Shown here piece by piece: positions 18,633 to 28,751 of a stretch of 64,000 nt of DNA. Position numbers and translations under genes: made by a program. The notes under the pieces were generated by a model. It did no database searches. It was not told the origin of the DNA and saw only the letters and a program-made list of their open reading frames with translations. The DNA is from an uncultured delta proteobacterium (GTDB lineage: Bacteria; Myxococcota_A; Polyangia; Polyangiales; Polyangiaceae), in assembly GCA_963696385.1 (NCBI GenBank), contig CAVOKF010000007.1:768001-832000 (forward strand). The letters are read 5' to 3'. The stretch's first letter is position 1, and each line of letters begins with the position of its first letter.

Positions 18633-20171
18633 TCACTCTCGGGTCTTGAAAACGTCGTCGCGATCGTCGGACGGCAGAGGCAGGGCCGGCTGCGGCCTCG
18701 CACGTACCGGCAACGCCGGTCCGGCGCGATGCGACGATGCCGAATCGGAATGTGGGTCCTTGCGCGGCGCGACCGCTGCGGACGTCGTGCTCGAAGGCAG
18801 CGGAAGCGCGGGCAGGGAATCGCGGGCGAGCACGGCCGAGGTCATTTCGGCTCCCTTCGTCTCTCGCAGCGCGGGCGGATCGCGCAGTGTCACGGGGGCG
18901 GGCGGGTGCACCCGCATCGAGCGAGCCAACGCAAAGGCGCCACACACGAGCACCAAGGCCACCGTCGCCGCTCCGCCCAACACACGCGCGCGCGCTTTGC
19001 GACGCGTGGTCCCGGCATCGATGAATCCGGCGTTCAGGGTTGCGCTCACCACGGCCGACGGCGGGTCGCTTGACGAACGGTCGTGAATGGACGTCGGGGC
19101 GAAGTCCGCGCCGGTCACGCGAGTCACGTCGCTCATAGGTCCGCCACCAAGCGTCAACGCCGTCCGCGTGCTCTCGCCCAGACCCGCGTCGGAGCCCGAC
19201 TGCGATTCGAGGGCCGCAACTTTTGCCATGCGATGGGTGAGCGATTCGATCGCGAGGGTGGCGACCCATTCGCCCACGGCGATCGATGGCTCCTCGCGGA
19301 TGCCACATTGGCCGAGCGCAACGCACATCTCGCGTGCGGTGGCGAACCGATCCACGGCCTTGGCGGCCAAGCCTCGCATGACCAGGGCGTCGAGCTCTTT
19401 GGGGACCTCGGCGACGAGCCGACTGGGTGGGTGGATGTCCCTTTTGAGCAAATTGGCGACCAGGTCGATTTCGCTCTCGCCCGTGACGAGGCGCGCGCCC
19501 GTCAGCATCTCCCACAGAATGACGGATGCCGCATAAATGTCGGTCTCCCGGGTGACTCCGCTGCTCATGAGCTGCTCGGGAGCCATGTACGCGAGCTTGC
19601 CTTTGATCTGCCCTTCCTGGGTGGTCTGAGCTCGACCCGCGGCCTTGGCGACGCCGAAATCGAGCAGCCGAGAGACGCCGTCGATCCCGACCAAAATATT
19701 CTGGGGGGTCACGTCCCGATGCACGATGTTGAGCGGAACGCCTCGCTCGTCTCGCGCCTCGTGTGCGGCGTGAAGACCCTGAAGCGCGTCGGCCATGATG
19801 CGCATGAGCACGGGCATCGGCACCCGTTGCCCACGCTCCTTGAGCCTTCGGGCCAAACGACTGAGCGTTTCGCCTTCCACGTACTCCATGACGAGAAACA
19901 GTTCGCCGCTGGCGGCCACCACGTCGAGCGTCGGGACCACGTTCGGGTGGCGAATGCGAGCGGCGAGACGCGCCTCGTCGAGGAACATCGTCACGAACTC
20001 GGGATTCTTGGCAAACTGCGGGTGCAAGCGCTTGATGGCGACCGTTCGGGAGAAGCCGCCCGAGCCGATGATCCGTCCAAGGTAAACGGTCGCCATCCCG
20101 CCCGACGCGATCTCGTCGAAGATCTCGTAACGTCCGACGACGCGAGGCACCGCGTCCGCAGACTCGCCCAT
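18633..20171 (-). CDS. Transmembrane Ser/Thr protein kinase
   Basis: GGMATVY, AIK, HRDVTPQN, DFG, GKLAYMAPE, TM helix; start at 20171 or 20222. Confidence 0.92.
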   Translation of the reverse strand: MGESADAVPRVVGRYEIFDEIASGGMATVYLGRIIGSGGFSRTVAIKRLHPQFAKNPEFVTMFLDEARLAARIRHPNVVPTLDVVAASGELFLVMEYVEGETLSRLARRLKERGQRVPMPVLMRIMADALQGLHAAHEARDERGVPLNIVHRDVTPQNILVGIDGVSRLLDFGVAKAAGRAQTTQEGQIKGKLAYMAPEQLMSSGVTRETDIYAASVILWEMLTGARLVTGESEIDLVANLLKRDIHPPSRLVAEVPKELDALVMRGLAAKAVDRFATAREMCVALGQCGIREEPSIAVGEWVATLAIESLTHRMAKVAALESQSGSDAGLGESTRTALTLGGGPMSDVTRVTGADFAPTSIHDRSSSDPPSAVVSATLNAGFIDAGTTRRKARARVLGGAATVALVLVCGAFALARSMRVHPPAPVTLRDPPALRETKGAEMTSAVLARDSLPALPLPSSTTSAAVAPRKDPHSDSASSHRAGPALPVRARPQPALPLPSDDRDDVFKTRE

Positions 20172-20254
20172 GCTCGTTAGCGTACGGGCTGGATCGGCAT
20201 GCGGCAACGGATGGAAGGTCATACGGCGGGTCGGGACCCGTCCGATCCGGGCCC

Positions 20255-21178
20255 CTAAAGTCCTGCGAACCAGGCGTACGTCTCGGCTATTCCGCGGCGC
20301 AGCGGGATCTTCGCCCGCCAGCCGAGCGCATGGAGCCGCGACACGTCGAGCAGCTTGCGGGGCGTGCCGTCCGGCTTGGTCGTGTCGAAGCGCAGAGACC
20401 CCGAGAAGCCGACGACGTCTTTGACGAGCTCCGCGAGATCGCGGATGGTCACATCTTCGCCGACACCCGCGTTCAGGATGCGAGGGTCGTCGTACTCGCG
20501 CATGACGAACAGGCACGCGTCGGCCAAGTCCTCCACGTGCATGAATTCGCGCCGCGGGGTGCCCGTGCCCCAGATGACCACCTCGGAGACGCCCGCTTGT
20601 TTCGCTTCGTGGAAGCGACGGATCATGGCCGGGAGCACGTGCGAGGTGCGCGGGTCGAAGTTGTCGTGCGGGCCGTACAGGTTGGTCGGCATCAGACTCA
20701 CGCCGCAGAACCCGTGCTGGCGGCGATACGCGTCGATCATCTCCAGACCGGCGATCTTGGCGAGCGCGTAAGGCTGGTTGGTGGGCTCGAGTGCGCTACT
20801 CAGCAGATACTCTTCTTTGATCGGTTGAGCGGCGTGCTTCGGATAAATGCAGGACGAGCCCAGAAACAGGAACTTCTTCACGCCGTTGCGAAACGCGGCG
20901 TCGATGACATTCGTCTGAATGAGCAGGTTGTCGCGAATGAAGTCCGCCCGGAACGTGTCATTGGCCAAGATGCCGCCCACGCGACCGGCTGCGAGAAACA
21001 CGTACGCCGGGCGCTCTTCGGAGAAGAACCGCTCCACGGCGCTCTGACGACTCAAATCGAGCTCGTCGTGCGTTCGAAGGACGAGGTTTCGAAAGCCTTC
21101 GCTCTTCAGCTTGCGCGTCAATGCGGAACCCACCAGTCCGCGATGCCCGGCGACGAAGATGCGCTCGTTATGCTCCAT
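20255..21178 (-). CDS. fcl: GDP-L-fucose synthase
   Basis: IFVAGHRGLVGSA, VGGILAN, LGSSCIYPK, PTNLYGPHDNF, WGTGTPRREF, KPDGTPRKLLD. Confidence 0.95.
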   Translation of the reverse strand: MEHNERIFVAGHRGLVGSALTRKLKSEGFRNLVLRTHDELDLSRQSAVERFFSEERPAYVFLAAGRVGGILANDTFRADFIRDNLLIQTNVIDAAFRNGVKKFLFLGSSCIYPKHAAQPIKEEYLLSSALEPTNQPYALAKIAGLEMIDAYRRQHGFCGVSLMPTNLYGPHDNFDPRTSHVLPAMIRRFHEAKQAGVSEVVIWGTGTPRREFMHVEDLADACLFVMREYDDPRILNAGVGEDVTIRDLAELVKDVVGFSGSLRFDTTKPDGTPRKLLDVSRLHALGWRAKIPLRRGIAETYAWFAGL

Positions 21179-21406
21179 GCCCGGCCATTCCCATCCAGAA
21201 GAAAAAGACCCCGCACGCCCACTGGGTGTTGGTGCCGTAGCGGTGGCCGGTTGATCCCCCTCGGAATCAGTGTACAGCAGACGCCCACGCACGCAAAAGC
21301 GGCGACTTCCAAGCTCGAGCGCCGGGGCGCGCCAGGGGGTTTTCCGTTTGCGCTGCGCAGCGACGCGCCCGTGCGGGTGGATCCGCGGGACGTACGAAAA
21401 CGGACC

Positions 21407-23152
21407 CTAGCGCTTGACCCGGGCGATCCGTATCGATTCGGACTCCGTATTCTGAAACTCGTACAGAGTCTCCTTTTCGACATCCGGCCACGCCGCGAAG
21501 CCGGGCAGCGGCTTACCGGTCGCCAAGTCGACCTCCTGGACCAGGTAAATGTCGCTGTACAGGTGCCGTGACAATTCGTAGAGCAGGCCGCGGTCGGCGG
21601 TCGAAATGTCCTCCGCGCCGTAGTCCATGACCGTGAAGAGCCCCGGACGGTCGCTCAAGATGAGGATTCGCTTGGTCCCTAGTTTCTCGAAGAAACGCCA
21701 CGTCTCCGCCGCTTGACGCGTGAGAATCAGGGTGTTGATGAACCGGGCTTCGCTCGCCACGGGAACATACATCGCGAACAGAACGCCGCAGGCGAGCCAC
21801 GTGACCGGAGCTCCGGACCGGCGCCCCAGCATCGAAAGCGGCACGGACAGGTGCTTGCCGACGACCGTCAGCAACCATGCCGCCGCGAACGCCACGAACG
21901 TGTCCAGCCAGACGAACAGGCGTGCCGAAGCGGCGTGCTCGGGCTTGCCCCAAGAATACGAAAAGCAGATGAGGCTTTCCAGCCCGAGAATCACCACGAT
22001 GAGGACACCCACCTGCACGAAACGCGGCGCGAGCCGTTTCGCCCGCACGTTGCGGATGAAACCGAACAGCAAGAGAGCACAACCAGCGGCCCCCAAAATC
22101 ATGAGCAGGGGCGCGTGCGGCCCATCGAAGTCCAGCGGATGAACGAACTGCCGGAAATAGTCGCGGGCATTTTCGCGGAAGCTCGCGAAGCTGAAGAGCG
22201 AAGCGCTGAGCGGCTGTTCGGAATCGTTTGCCTTCGCGACCGATTGCCAGTAGCGCGGCAAAAGAAAGAGCGGCGCCAAGGAGTAGACGAAGCCGAAGCC
22301 GCGGGTGTCGGCCCGCCGGACGATGCGAAAGGCCAGCAGTACCCCGGCGACCGCCGCGAGCAGCGCCCAGCTCTCGTATCGGATGTACGCCAGAAAACAC
22401 AGATCGAGCGTCAGAATGGCGAGACGACGGGGCGATCGCTCGGTCGTGTAGTCGAGAAAACTGTGAATGACCGCGAGCAGCAGGAACGTGGACAGAAAAT
22501 CGAAGCCCGCCGACCGGGCCGAAAAGAGGGTGTTCGGGTTCACCGCAACCGCCATCGCGGCCGCGACGCCGAACACCTCACCCCCCAGACGCTTGGCCAG
22601 TCGGTACGACGAAAATACGAAGAGAACGAAAACGATCGCGTTCAGATGGAAGGCATTTTGCGGGTGGTAGCCTCGGACGATGTGCACCAAACAGACGAAG
22701 AACGGGAACAGCGGCGGCCGCCGATCGGTCACCACGCCGAGATTCCAGTAATTGTCGAAGTACCATTTCCCAGTTACGGCAAAATCGGCTGTCTTGTTGA
22801 AATGCAAATTCTTGGAGACGCCGAGCAAATTGGTCTCGTCCGCCAGCACGCGGAATGCCGGCGACACCGAGAACAACACGATGGCGGACACCACCGTGGT
22901 GACGACGATCCCGGCGAGATTGTCTCTCGCCCAGGCTCGGAGCGACGGCCCGCTTCCGAGACCCGAGAGCTGGACCCCCACGTAAATCGCCAGCATGGCG
23001 AACAGCACGTAGTACGCGCTCGAAAGAAAGAACGGTTCGTTCCACGATCGATGCCGCAGCGTCGCACCCACCAGCCCAGCCGCCAAAAGCGGCGGCACGA
23101 AGAGCAGTGCCGTGCCGAGACGCCAATTTCGAATGGGTAGGCGAGCGTTCAA
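21407..23152 (-). CDS. Multi-pass membrane protein, probable GT-C glycosyltransferase (ArnT/PMT-like)
   Basis: Many TM segments, DE motif in first loop (LADET), RPPLFP, IRYE; start uncertain (23152 or 23197). Confidence 0.65.
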   Translation of the reverse strand: MNARLPIRNWRLGTALLFVPPLLAAGLVGATLRHRSWNEPFFLSSAYYVLFAMLAIYVGVQLSGLGSGPSLRAWARDNLAGIVVTTVVSAIVLFSVSPAFRVLADETNLLGVSKNLHFNKTADFAVTGKWYFDNYWNLGVVTDRRPPLFPFFVCLVHIVRGYHPQNAFHLNAIVFVLFVFSSYRLAKRLGGEVFGVAAAMAVAVNPNTLFSARSAGFDFLSTFLLLAVIHSFLDYTTERSPRRLAILTLDLCFLAYIRYESWALLAAVAGVLLAFRIVRRADTRGFGFVYSLAPLFLLPRYWQSVAKANDSEQPLSASLFSFASFRENARDYFRQFVHPLDFDGPHAPLLMILGAAGCALLLFGFIRNVRAKRLAPRFVQVGVLIVVILGLESLICFSYSWGKPEHAASARLFVWLDTFVAFAAAWLLTVVGKHLSVPLSMLGRRSGAPVTWLACGVLFAMYVPVASEARFINTLILTRQAAETWRFFEKLGTKRILILSDRPGLFTVMDYGAEDISTADRGLLYELSRHLYSDIYLVQEVDLATGKPLPGFAAWPDVEKETLYEFQNTESESIRIARVKR

Positions 23153-23230
23153 GGGATCGTCCACATCGCGGATGGTACACGCTCGGGCGCCCCCCAACGG
23201 ACCGGCGCCGGCATCGTGTCCGAAAAGCCG

Positions 23231-24778
23231 TCAGGTTGCCAAACGGAATTTTTTGAACGCAAATGCCGTCATCTCGAGGAGAAGCCAGCCGTGCGTGAAG
23301 CGGCTGATTTTCGTATCCCCATACGTTCGCGCGCGGTAGCGAACGGGAACGTCCACGATTTTTAGATTCAATCGCGCGGCTCCGAAGAGCAGATCGAAGT
23401 CTCCGAACGGGTCGAAGTCTCCGAAGAAGACTCGGTTGGCGGCGATTCGTTCGTAATCGCGCCGGTAGAGCACCTTGGTCCCGCAGAGAGAGTCCTTAAT
23501 GGGCTGCTCGAGAACCCACGAAAGCGCCACCGAAAAAAACTTGTTGCCCAGAAGATTCAGAAAGCGCATCGCTTGCCCCTCCATGGGGTAGACGAGGCGC
23601 ACGCCGTTGATGAACTCCCCCTTCGACGTCACGAGCGCGTCGTAGAACTTCGGGAGATCCTCGGGCGGCACGGTCAAATCGGAATCGAGGATCATCAGCA
23701 CCTCGTGCCGCGCGGCCGCAAACCCTTTGCGGACCGCATCGCCCTTGCCCTTGCCCTCGCCCTGTCGCACCAGGCGCAATTGGAGGGGGCCCGAGTAGGT
23801 CGCCATGGCGGCCTCGATCTCCTCGACCGTGCCGTCGGTCGAGTTGCCGTCCACGAAAATGAGCTCGGTGCGCGGCCCCATCAACGGCGTACGCTCAATC
23901 GCCTCACGGATATTGCCCCGTTCGTTGCGGCACGGGCACACGACCGAAACGCCCGGCGAAGCAGAGGGGACCGGAGTGGCCACCGGCCTCGCCACGAAAT
24001 ATTGAACGAGCGAGGCGGCGCGCGTTCCCGGCAATTTGGCGGCGACCCGGTTTGCGATCTCCGAGACCAGTGGAATTCGGACCGGTGCGAGCACTTCGGT
24101 GCCCGTGCGAACCACTTGATAGTTCGACAGGTACAGCAAGTTCTCGATGTCGTCCATGGAGAGCCAGTTCTGATCCGGCCAGGGCTGTTTGAGCTTGAGG
24201 TGCTCGGCGGCCTTCAACACGGGCTCCCAGACGAAGTTGTAATAGGTGACGATGACCCGGCCGCCCGGCGCAAGCAGCCGGTGGACACGCTCGAACGTCC
24301 GCTGCACGTCGTCCACGTGCCCCACGACGTCGGCGAAGACGACGACGTCGAAGGGACCTTCGGGCAGCGCATCTCGCTCGATGTCGACGACGCGCACGTC
24401 CGCTCCAGGATGGCGAGCCTTGGCGCGTTCGATGGTTCGGGGCGACACATCGATGCCGACCGATCGGCATTTCATCGCGTCGAGGCGAGCGACCAAGTCG
24501 CCCAAGCCGCAGCCCACGTCGAGCACTCGCGTTCCCGGCAGCACCACCGACTCGATGATTCTGTGGACCGTGTCGTGGTAGTAGCGGCTTTTCTCGAGCC
24601 ATTCGGCCCGACGCCAGGCGAGAGCGTCGTACTGCTCGATCCGGCGCAGCTGCCGCTCGTTCTCGCGCCGTTCGAAGTCGCTCGGCCGCTTGGGAATCGG
24701 CCGCAACCGCTCGGCTGACTGCATGCCCGTGGGCGCTGCATGCCTCGCCGCGGGATCGGTGGCGTCGACAGGGTTCAC
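23231..24778 (-). CDS. Fused class I SAM methyltransferase / GT2 glycosyltransferase (polyprenol-phosphate sugar synthase-like)
   Basis: VLDVGCGLG; SVVCPCRNE, FVDGNSTDGT, GKGDA, ILDSD, DSLCGTK; start uncertain (24778 or 24724). Confidence 0.88.
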   Translation of the reverse strand: MNPVDATDPAARHAAPTGMQSAERLRPIPKRPSDFERRENERQLRRIEQYDALAWRRAEWLEKSRYYHDTVHRIIESVVLPGTRVLDVGCGLGDLVARLDAMKCRSVGIDVSPRTIERAKARHPGADVRVVDIERDALPEGPFDVVVFADVVGHVDDVQRTFERVHRLLAPGGRVIVTYYNFVWEPVLKAAEHLKLKQPWPDQNWLSMDDIENLLYLSNYQVVRTGTEVLAPVRIPLVSEIANRVAAKLPGTRAASLVQYFVARPVATPVPSASPGVSVVCPCRNERGNIREAIERTPLMGPRTELIFVDGNSTDGTVEEIEAAMATYSGPLQLRLVRQGEGKGKGDAVRKGFAAARHEVLMILDSDLTVPPEDLPKFYDALVTSKGEFINGVRLVYPMEGQAMRFLNLLGNKFFSVALSWVLEQPIKDSLCGTKVLYRRDYERIAANRVFFGDFDPFGDFDLLFGAARLNLKIVDVPVRYRARTYGDTKISRFTHGWLLLEMTAFAFKKFRLAT

Positions 24779-24911
24779 TGCAAATTTAGTGTACCCCGAA
24801 GCGGGCGACGCAAGGCAATGAGCTCGTGCGCGAAACAAGCCACACCGAGGCCCGGAGGGCGCATCGGTTTGGGCGGCGGCTCCGAAATGGGTACGCTCGG
24901 CGGTCCCCTCG

Positions 24912-26225
24912 ATGGCCGGCGCCGTCACCCTTGTCCTACTCGTTGCGGCGGGCGACGCCACCAACGCCACGACGCGTTCGATGGCACGAGCCACGCGCGA
25001 GGCCCTGGGCCCGAATCTGCACCTGGTCGTCCGCCCCACCAACGGCGAGCCAACGGACGGCGAAGCCCTGCGCGTCGAGCGGAGCGAGGGGGCGGATGTC
25101 GTCGTCGAGCTCGCTTGGGCCGACCCCAAGCAACGCCAGGCGACGCTGCGCGTTCACCTCGCGCGGAGCGGGCACTGGCTGCAGCGATCCATCGGTTTCC
25201 AACCATCGGACGCCGAGGCCGAGCGCGGGCGCACGCTCGGATTCGCCGTGGCGTCGTTTCTTCCGGAGCCCGCCGGATCCGCCGCGCCGGAGGCCGAGCC
25301 GGCACCGACCGACCGCGCCGGGTCGAGCGGCGGGGCTTCTCCACCCACAACGACACCCGCGACGACCCCGGCGGCGCCCAGCTCCAAACCTCCCTCGACC
25401 GGCGCACCGACCACGGCCGCCCGGGAGACCCCCCGGCCGGAGGTGACCCCGTCGTCGACGCCCCCGCCGTCCGCCGCTGCCCCTATGCCGCCGGCCGTGG
25501 CTCCCCCGTCGACGCCCGCGGGAGTTCCCGCCTTGCCGCCGGCTTTGCCCCCGTCCTTGCCGCCGATGCCCCCCGCCGCTCCGACCCCGCTGGCCCTGGG
25601 CGAGCCATCCTCCGGCGCGACGCCGCCCCGCACCCTAGCCGCTCCGTCCGGGAAGTCCCCCGCTGGGGCGAGCCCGCCGGACCGAACGCAACCGTCGTTC
25701 CTGCTGGATCTGGTGGCGATCGGGATCATGCCGCCCTCGAGCTTCGGAGCCGAGATCTCCGGACAGTGGTTCGCGATCCGATCGGCCGGCTGGATCGCGC
25801 TTCGCGTCGGCGCCGGGGTGAGCTTCGGCAACATCGAGGTCGCGCCTCCCCCGACGAGCACCGCGCCGGCGACTTTTCCGTCGACGACGGCCATCGCGTC
25901 GGCAGGGCTCGTCGCCCACGTGTTGCGCGCATCGGCCCGGCGCCGGTTCGGGGCCACGCTTCGAGCCGACTGGTGGCTCGTCTACGAGCGGGTGTCGGAC
26001 GCCACGGGCACCCTGCTCAAGACCACCCCGTTCAACGACGGACCGGACCTCGTCGCCGACATCAGCTGGTTGGTGTCGCAGGACGTGGAGGCGACGGCGG
26101 GCGGTGGCGCCCAGTATGCGCTCGAGCCAGCCGAGGTAAGCGATGACCACCAAAACGTGGCGACGTTCCGCGGACCGAGCCAGTGGCGGGCGGTTTTCGA
26201 GGCCGGCTTGCGGATACGCTTTTGA
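24912..26225 (+). CDS. Exported protein with Pro-rich linker and probable C-terminal beta-barrel
   Basis: Hydrophobic N-terminus, long Pro/Thr/Ala linker, amphipathic strands, ends GLRIRF. Confidence 0.65.
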   Translation: MAGAVTLVLLVAAGDATNATTRSMARATREALGPNLHLVVRPTNGEPTDGEALRVERSEGADVVVELAWADPKQRQATLRVHLARSGHWLQRSIGFQPSDAEAERGRTLGFAVASFLPEPAGSAAPEAEPAPTDRAGSSGGASPPTTTPATTPAAPSSKPPSTGAPTTAARETPRPEVTPSSTPPPSAAAPMPPAVAPPSTPAGVPALPPALPPSLPPMPPAAPTPLALGEPSSGATPPRTLAAPSGKSPAGASPPDRTQPSFLLDLVAIGIMPPSSFGAEISGQWFAIRSAGWIALRVGAGVSFGNIEVAPPPTSTAPATFPSTTAIASAGLVAHVLRASARRRFGATLRADWWLVYERVSDATGTLLKTTPFNDGPDLVADISWLVSQDVEATAGGGAQYALEPAEVSDDHQNVATFRGPSQWRAVFEAGLRIRF

Positions 26226-26271
26226 AACGCCTGATCGCTTGGAAGTCGGGGTACTCTAGCAGCAGATCGTC

Positions 26272-26931
26272 ATGAGTAACGCTCGCAGTCAGCCCAAGTT
26301 ATGGCTGGTCCCGACGCCGCCGGCTGCCCCGGCGCCGCCGGCGCTCGACGACAGCGAGCTTCTCGCCGCGTTGCGTGCGGGAGACGCGGGGGCCGCGACC
26401 GCGCTGCACGACCGCGTCCGCCCGCAGATCGATCGTACGATTCGGAGGCTTCTCGGCGGGCGCGACTTCGATCACGACGACGTCGCACAGCAAGCCTTGA
26501 TCGAGCTCGTCAGCACCATCGAGCGCTACCGTGGCGACTGCTCGCTCGATTCGTGGACGGGCACGATCACCGCGCACGTGGTTTACAAGCACATTCGTCG
26601 CCGCAAGACCGAGCGACGCATCTTCGGCGCACTCGACGCCGAGCTCTTGGCTCAGACGCGGTCGTCGTCCCGTTTGGGTCGCGAAGCGATCGCGCGCAAC
26701 TTGATGGGCCGCATCCGAGACCACCTGAACGCGATGGACGAAAACAAGGCGTGGACGTTCGTGCTCCACGACGTGTGCGGCCACGATTTGCGCGAAATCG
26801 CGCAGATTACCGGGGTCAGCGTCGCCGCCGCCCAAACGCGCCTCGTCCGCGGACGACGAGAGGTTCACGAGCGCATCGCTGGAGACGCGGAACTCGCGAA
26901 CCTCCTCGAGTCGATGGAGGGGGACCCATGA
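26272..26931 (+). CDS. ECF RNA polymerase sigma factor
   Basis: ELLAALRAGD, DDVAQQAL (region 2), FVLHDVCG..LREIAQ..GVS....TRL.RGR (region 4). Confidence 0.9.
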   Translation: MSNARSQPKLWLVPTPPAAPAPPALDDSELLAALRAGDAGAATALHDRVRPQIDRTIRRLLGGRDFDHDDVAQQALIELVSTIERYRGDCSLDSWTGTITAHVVYKHIRRRKTERRIFGALDAELLAQTRSSSRLGREAIARNLMGRIRDHLNAMDENKAWTFVLHDVCGHDLREIAQITGVSVAAAQTRLVRGRREVHERIAGDAELANLLESMEGDP

Positions 26932-28022
26932 CCGCGCCTCGATACGCGACGTTGGCCAGCAAACTGCTCGTTCGCCACGATGCAGCGGCCGGTCCGGGAC
27001 CTTCGCCGGATGCGCGAACCGAAGCCATTGCGCGCGTCGCATCGGTGCTATCGGCCAAGGGCCGCAGGCGCCGGACGGCGCGCTGGGCCGCGGTGTGCGC
27101 AGCGGCCTTGGCTGCCACCGTCGCGGTTGCGGACGGGGCGCAGCACCTGCGCGGGCGGGGATTGTTCGTTGCGACGTCCCAGGCGCCTGCAAGCGCACGA
27201 AGCGTTCAAATCGTCGCTCATCCGCTGGGTGGCGGCGCAAGTGTGGTCGTTTCGGGATCTCCCGCGCCGCTCGCCGACGGACGGCAGTTGGCCGACGGCA
27301 GTCGTCTCGTGACCCCCGCGGGGGGTCGCGCCACACTGGCATTCTCGACCGGAACGAGGGTCATGCTCGGCGAAGCGACCGATGTGACGGTCAACGGCGA
27401 CGCGGCCATGCAGGTCCTTCGGCTCGGTGCCGGATGGGTCGGCCTGCACGTCGCGAAGGTCGGGCCCGGCCAGCGCTTCCTCGTAGATACCGGCGATGCG
27501 GAAGTCGAAGTGCGCGGGACGCAGTTTCAGGTCTCGCTCGTTCGGCCCGACCCGCAGTGCGGCCGCGGAACCCCGACGCGCGTGTCGGTCAGCGAGGGCG
27601 TGGTGACCGTGCGCCAGGGTGGGGCGGAAGTCCGCGTTGCGGCCGGAGAGCAGTGGCCGGCGGGGTGCGACCGAACCACTGGCCCGGTCGGGATCCAGGC
27701 CCGCGGAGCCGGCGCAGCGGCGCCGGTGAGAGCCGCCGGGCAAGGGTCGGGGTCGAGCCTGGCCGATCAGAACGACATCTTTGCGCAGGCCCTCGAAGCC
27801 AAGCGACAAGGCGACGCCCATGCGGCTCTTGCCGCGTTCGATCGATTCCTCGCCAAGTACCCGTCCGGCCCGCTGGCGGAAAACGCTTGGGTCGAGCGGT
27901 TGCGGTTGGTGCGCTTGCTGGCGCCCTCGCGCGCGCCCGTGGCCGCCGAGCAATACATCGCGACGTACCCCCATGGCTTCGCGCGCGCCGAGGCGGAGGC
28001 CATCGTCGCGGGGACTCTGTGA
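26928..28022 (+). CDS. FecR-domain anti-sigma factor with TPR-like C-terminus
   Basis: ATGA overlap with the sigma gene; TM helix; FLVDT..AEVEVRGTQF, VSVSEGVV; FLAKYPSGPLAE. Confidence 0.85.
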   Translation: MTAPRYATLASKLLVRHDAAAGPGPSPDARTEAIARVASVLSAKGRRRRTARWAAVCAAALAATVAVADGAQHLRGRGLFVATSQAPASARSVQIVAHPLGGGASVVVSGSPAPLADGRQLADGSRLVTPAGGRATLAFSTGTRVMLGEATDVTVNGDAAMQVLRLGAGWVGLHVAKVGPGQRFLVDTGDAEVEVRGTQFQVSLVRPDPQCGRGTPTRVSVSEGVVTVRQGGAEVRVAAGEQWPAGCDRTTGPVGIQARGAGAAAPVRAAGQGSGSSLADQNDIFAQALEAKRQGDAHAALAAFDRFLAKYPSGPLAENAWVERLRLVRLLAPSRAPVAAEQYIATYPHGFARAEAEAIVAGTL

Positions 28023-28741
28023 AGCACGCCGGAATCGCGGCGTGCGCAGCCCTGGCACTCGCGGCATGCGTGCCGCAAACGTTCTCCTTCGAAGACGTCA
28101 CGATGTACGGTTTAGGGCTATCCGACGCCGCGGCAGCCGACGTGGAGCCGGCAAGCGATGCGACGACCGCGTCCGATACGCCAGCATCCACCACGCCGGC
28201 ATCCACCACGCCGGCATCCAACACCCAGACGTCCGACGCGCAGCCGGCAAGCGACGCGGCGACCGCGTCCGACGCGAACGCCGAGACCGACGGGCGTCGG
28301 CCGCCACCCCGCAAAGACATGGATGCATCGGCCGGGGCCAACCCCGACGCGAATCCGCTCCCGGACTGCGCGAACGATCCCGCGTGTTCGCGGTGCAGCG
28401 TCAACGCGGACTGCTCGAAGGGCAGTCTGCCGGTTTGCGACATGACGTCTTTTCGATGCGTAGGGTGCCTCATGGATTCCGACTGCCCGGCGGACGGACG
28501 CTGGTTCTGCCTCGCCCAGCGCTGCGTGGCCGGATGTTCGGGAGACGCGATGAGCTGTGGCGAGTGGCAGTGCATCGTGGATGCCGGTTCACCCGGCTTC
28601 TGCTCGGACTGCGTGACCGATGCCGATTGCGACGGCCATCAGATGTGCAACGGGGGGCTGTGCGTCGAATGCGTGACCGACAATCAGTGCCACGGCAATT
28701 ATTGTTCGAAAAACGGGTATTGCGTGCAGCAGAGTCCGTAG
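28019..28741 (+). CDS. Cys-rich lipoprotein
   Basis: GTGA overlap; lipobox LAAC; (PASTT)3-like linker; repeated CxxCxxDxDC units. Confidence 0.75.
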   Translation: MKHAGIAACAALALAACVPQTFSFEDVTMYGLGLSDAAAADVEPASDATTASDTPASTTPASTTPASNTQTSDAQPASDAATASDANAETDGRRPPPRKDMDASAGANPDANPLPDCANDPACSRCSVNADCSKGSLPVCDMTSFRCVGCLMDSDCPADGRWFCLAQRCVAGCSGDAMSCGEWQCIVDAGSPGFCSDCVTDADCDGHQMCNGGLCVECVTDNQCHGNYCSKNGYCVQQSP

Positions 28742-28751
28742 AATCGATGAC

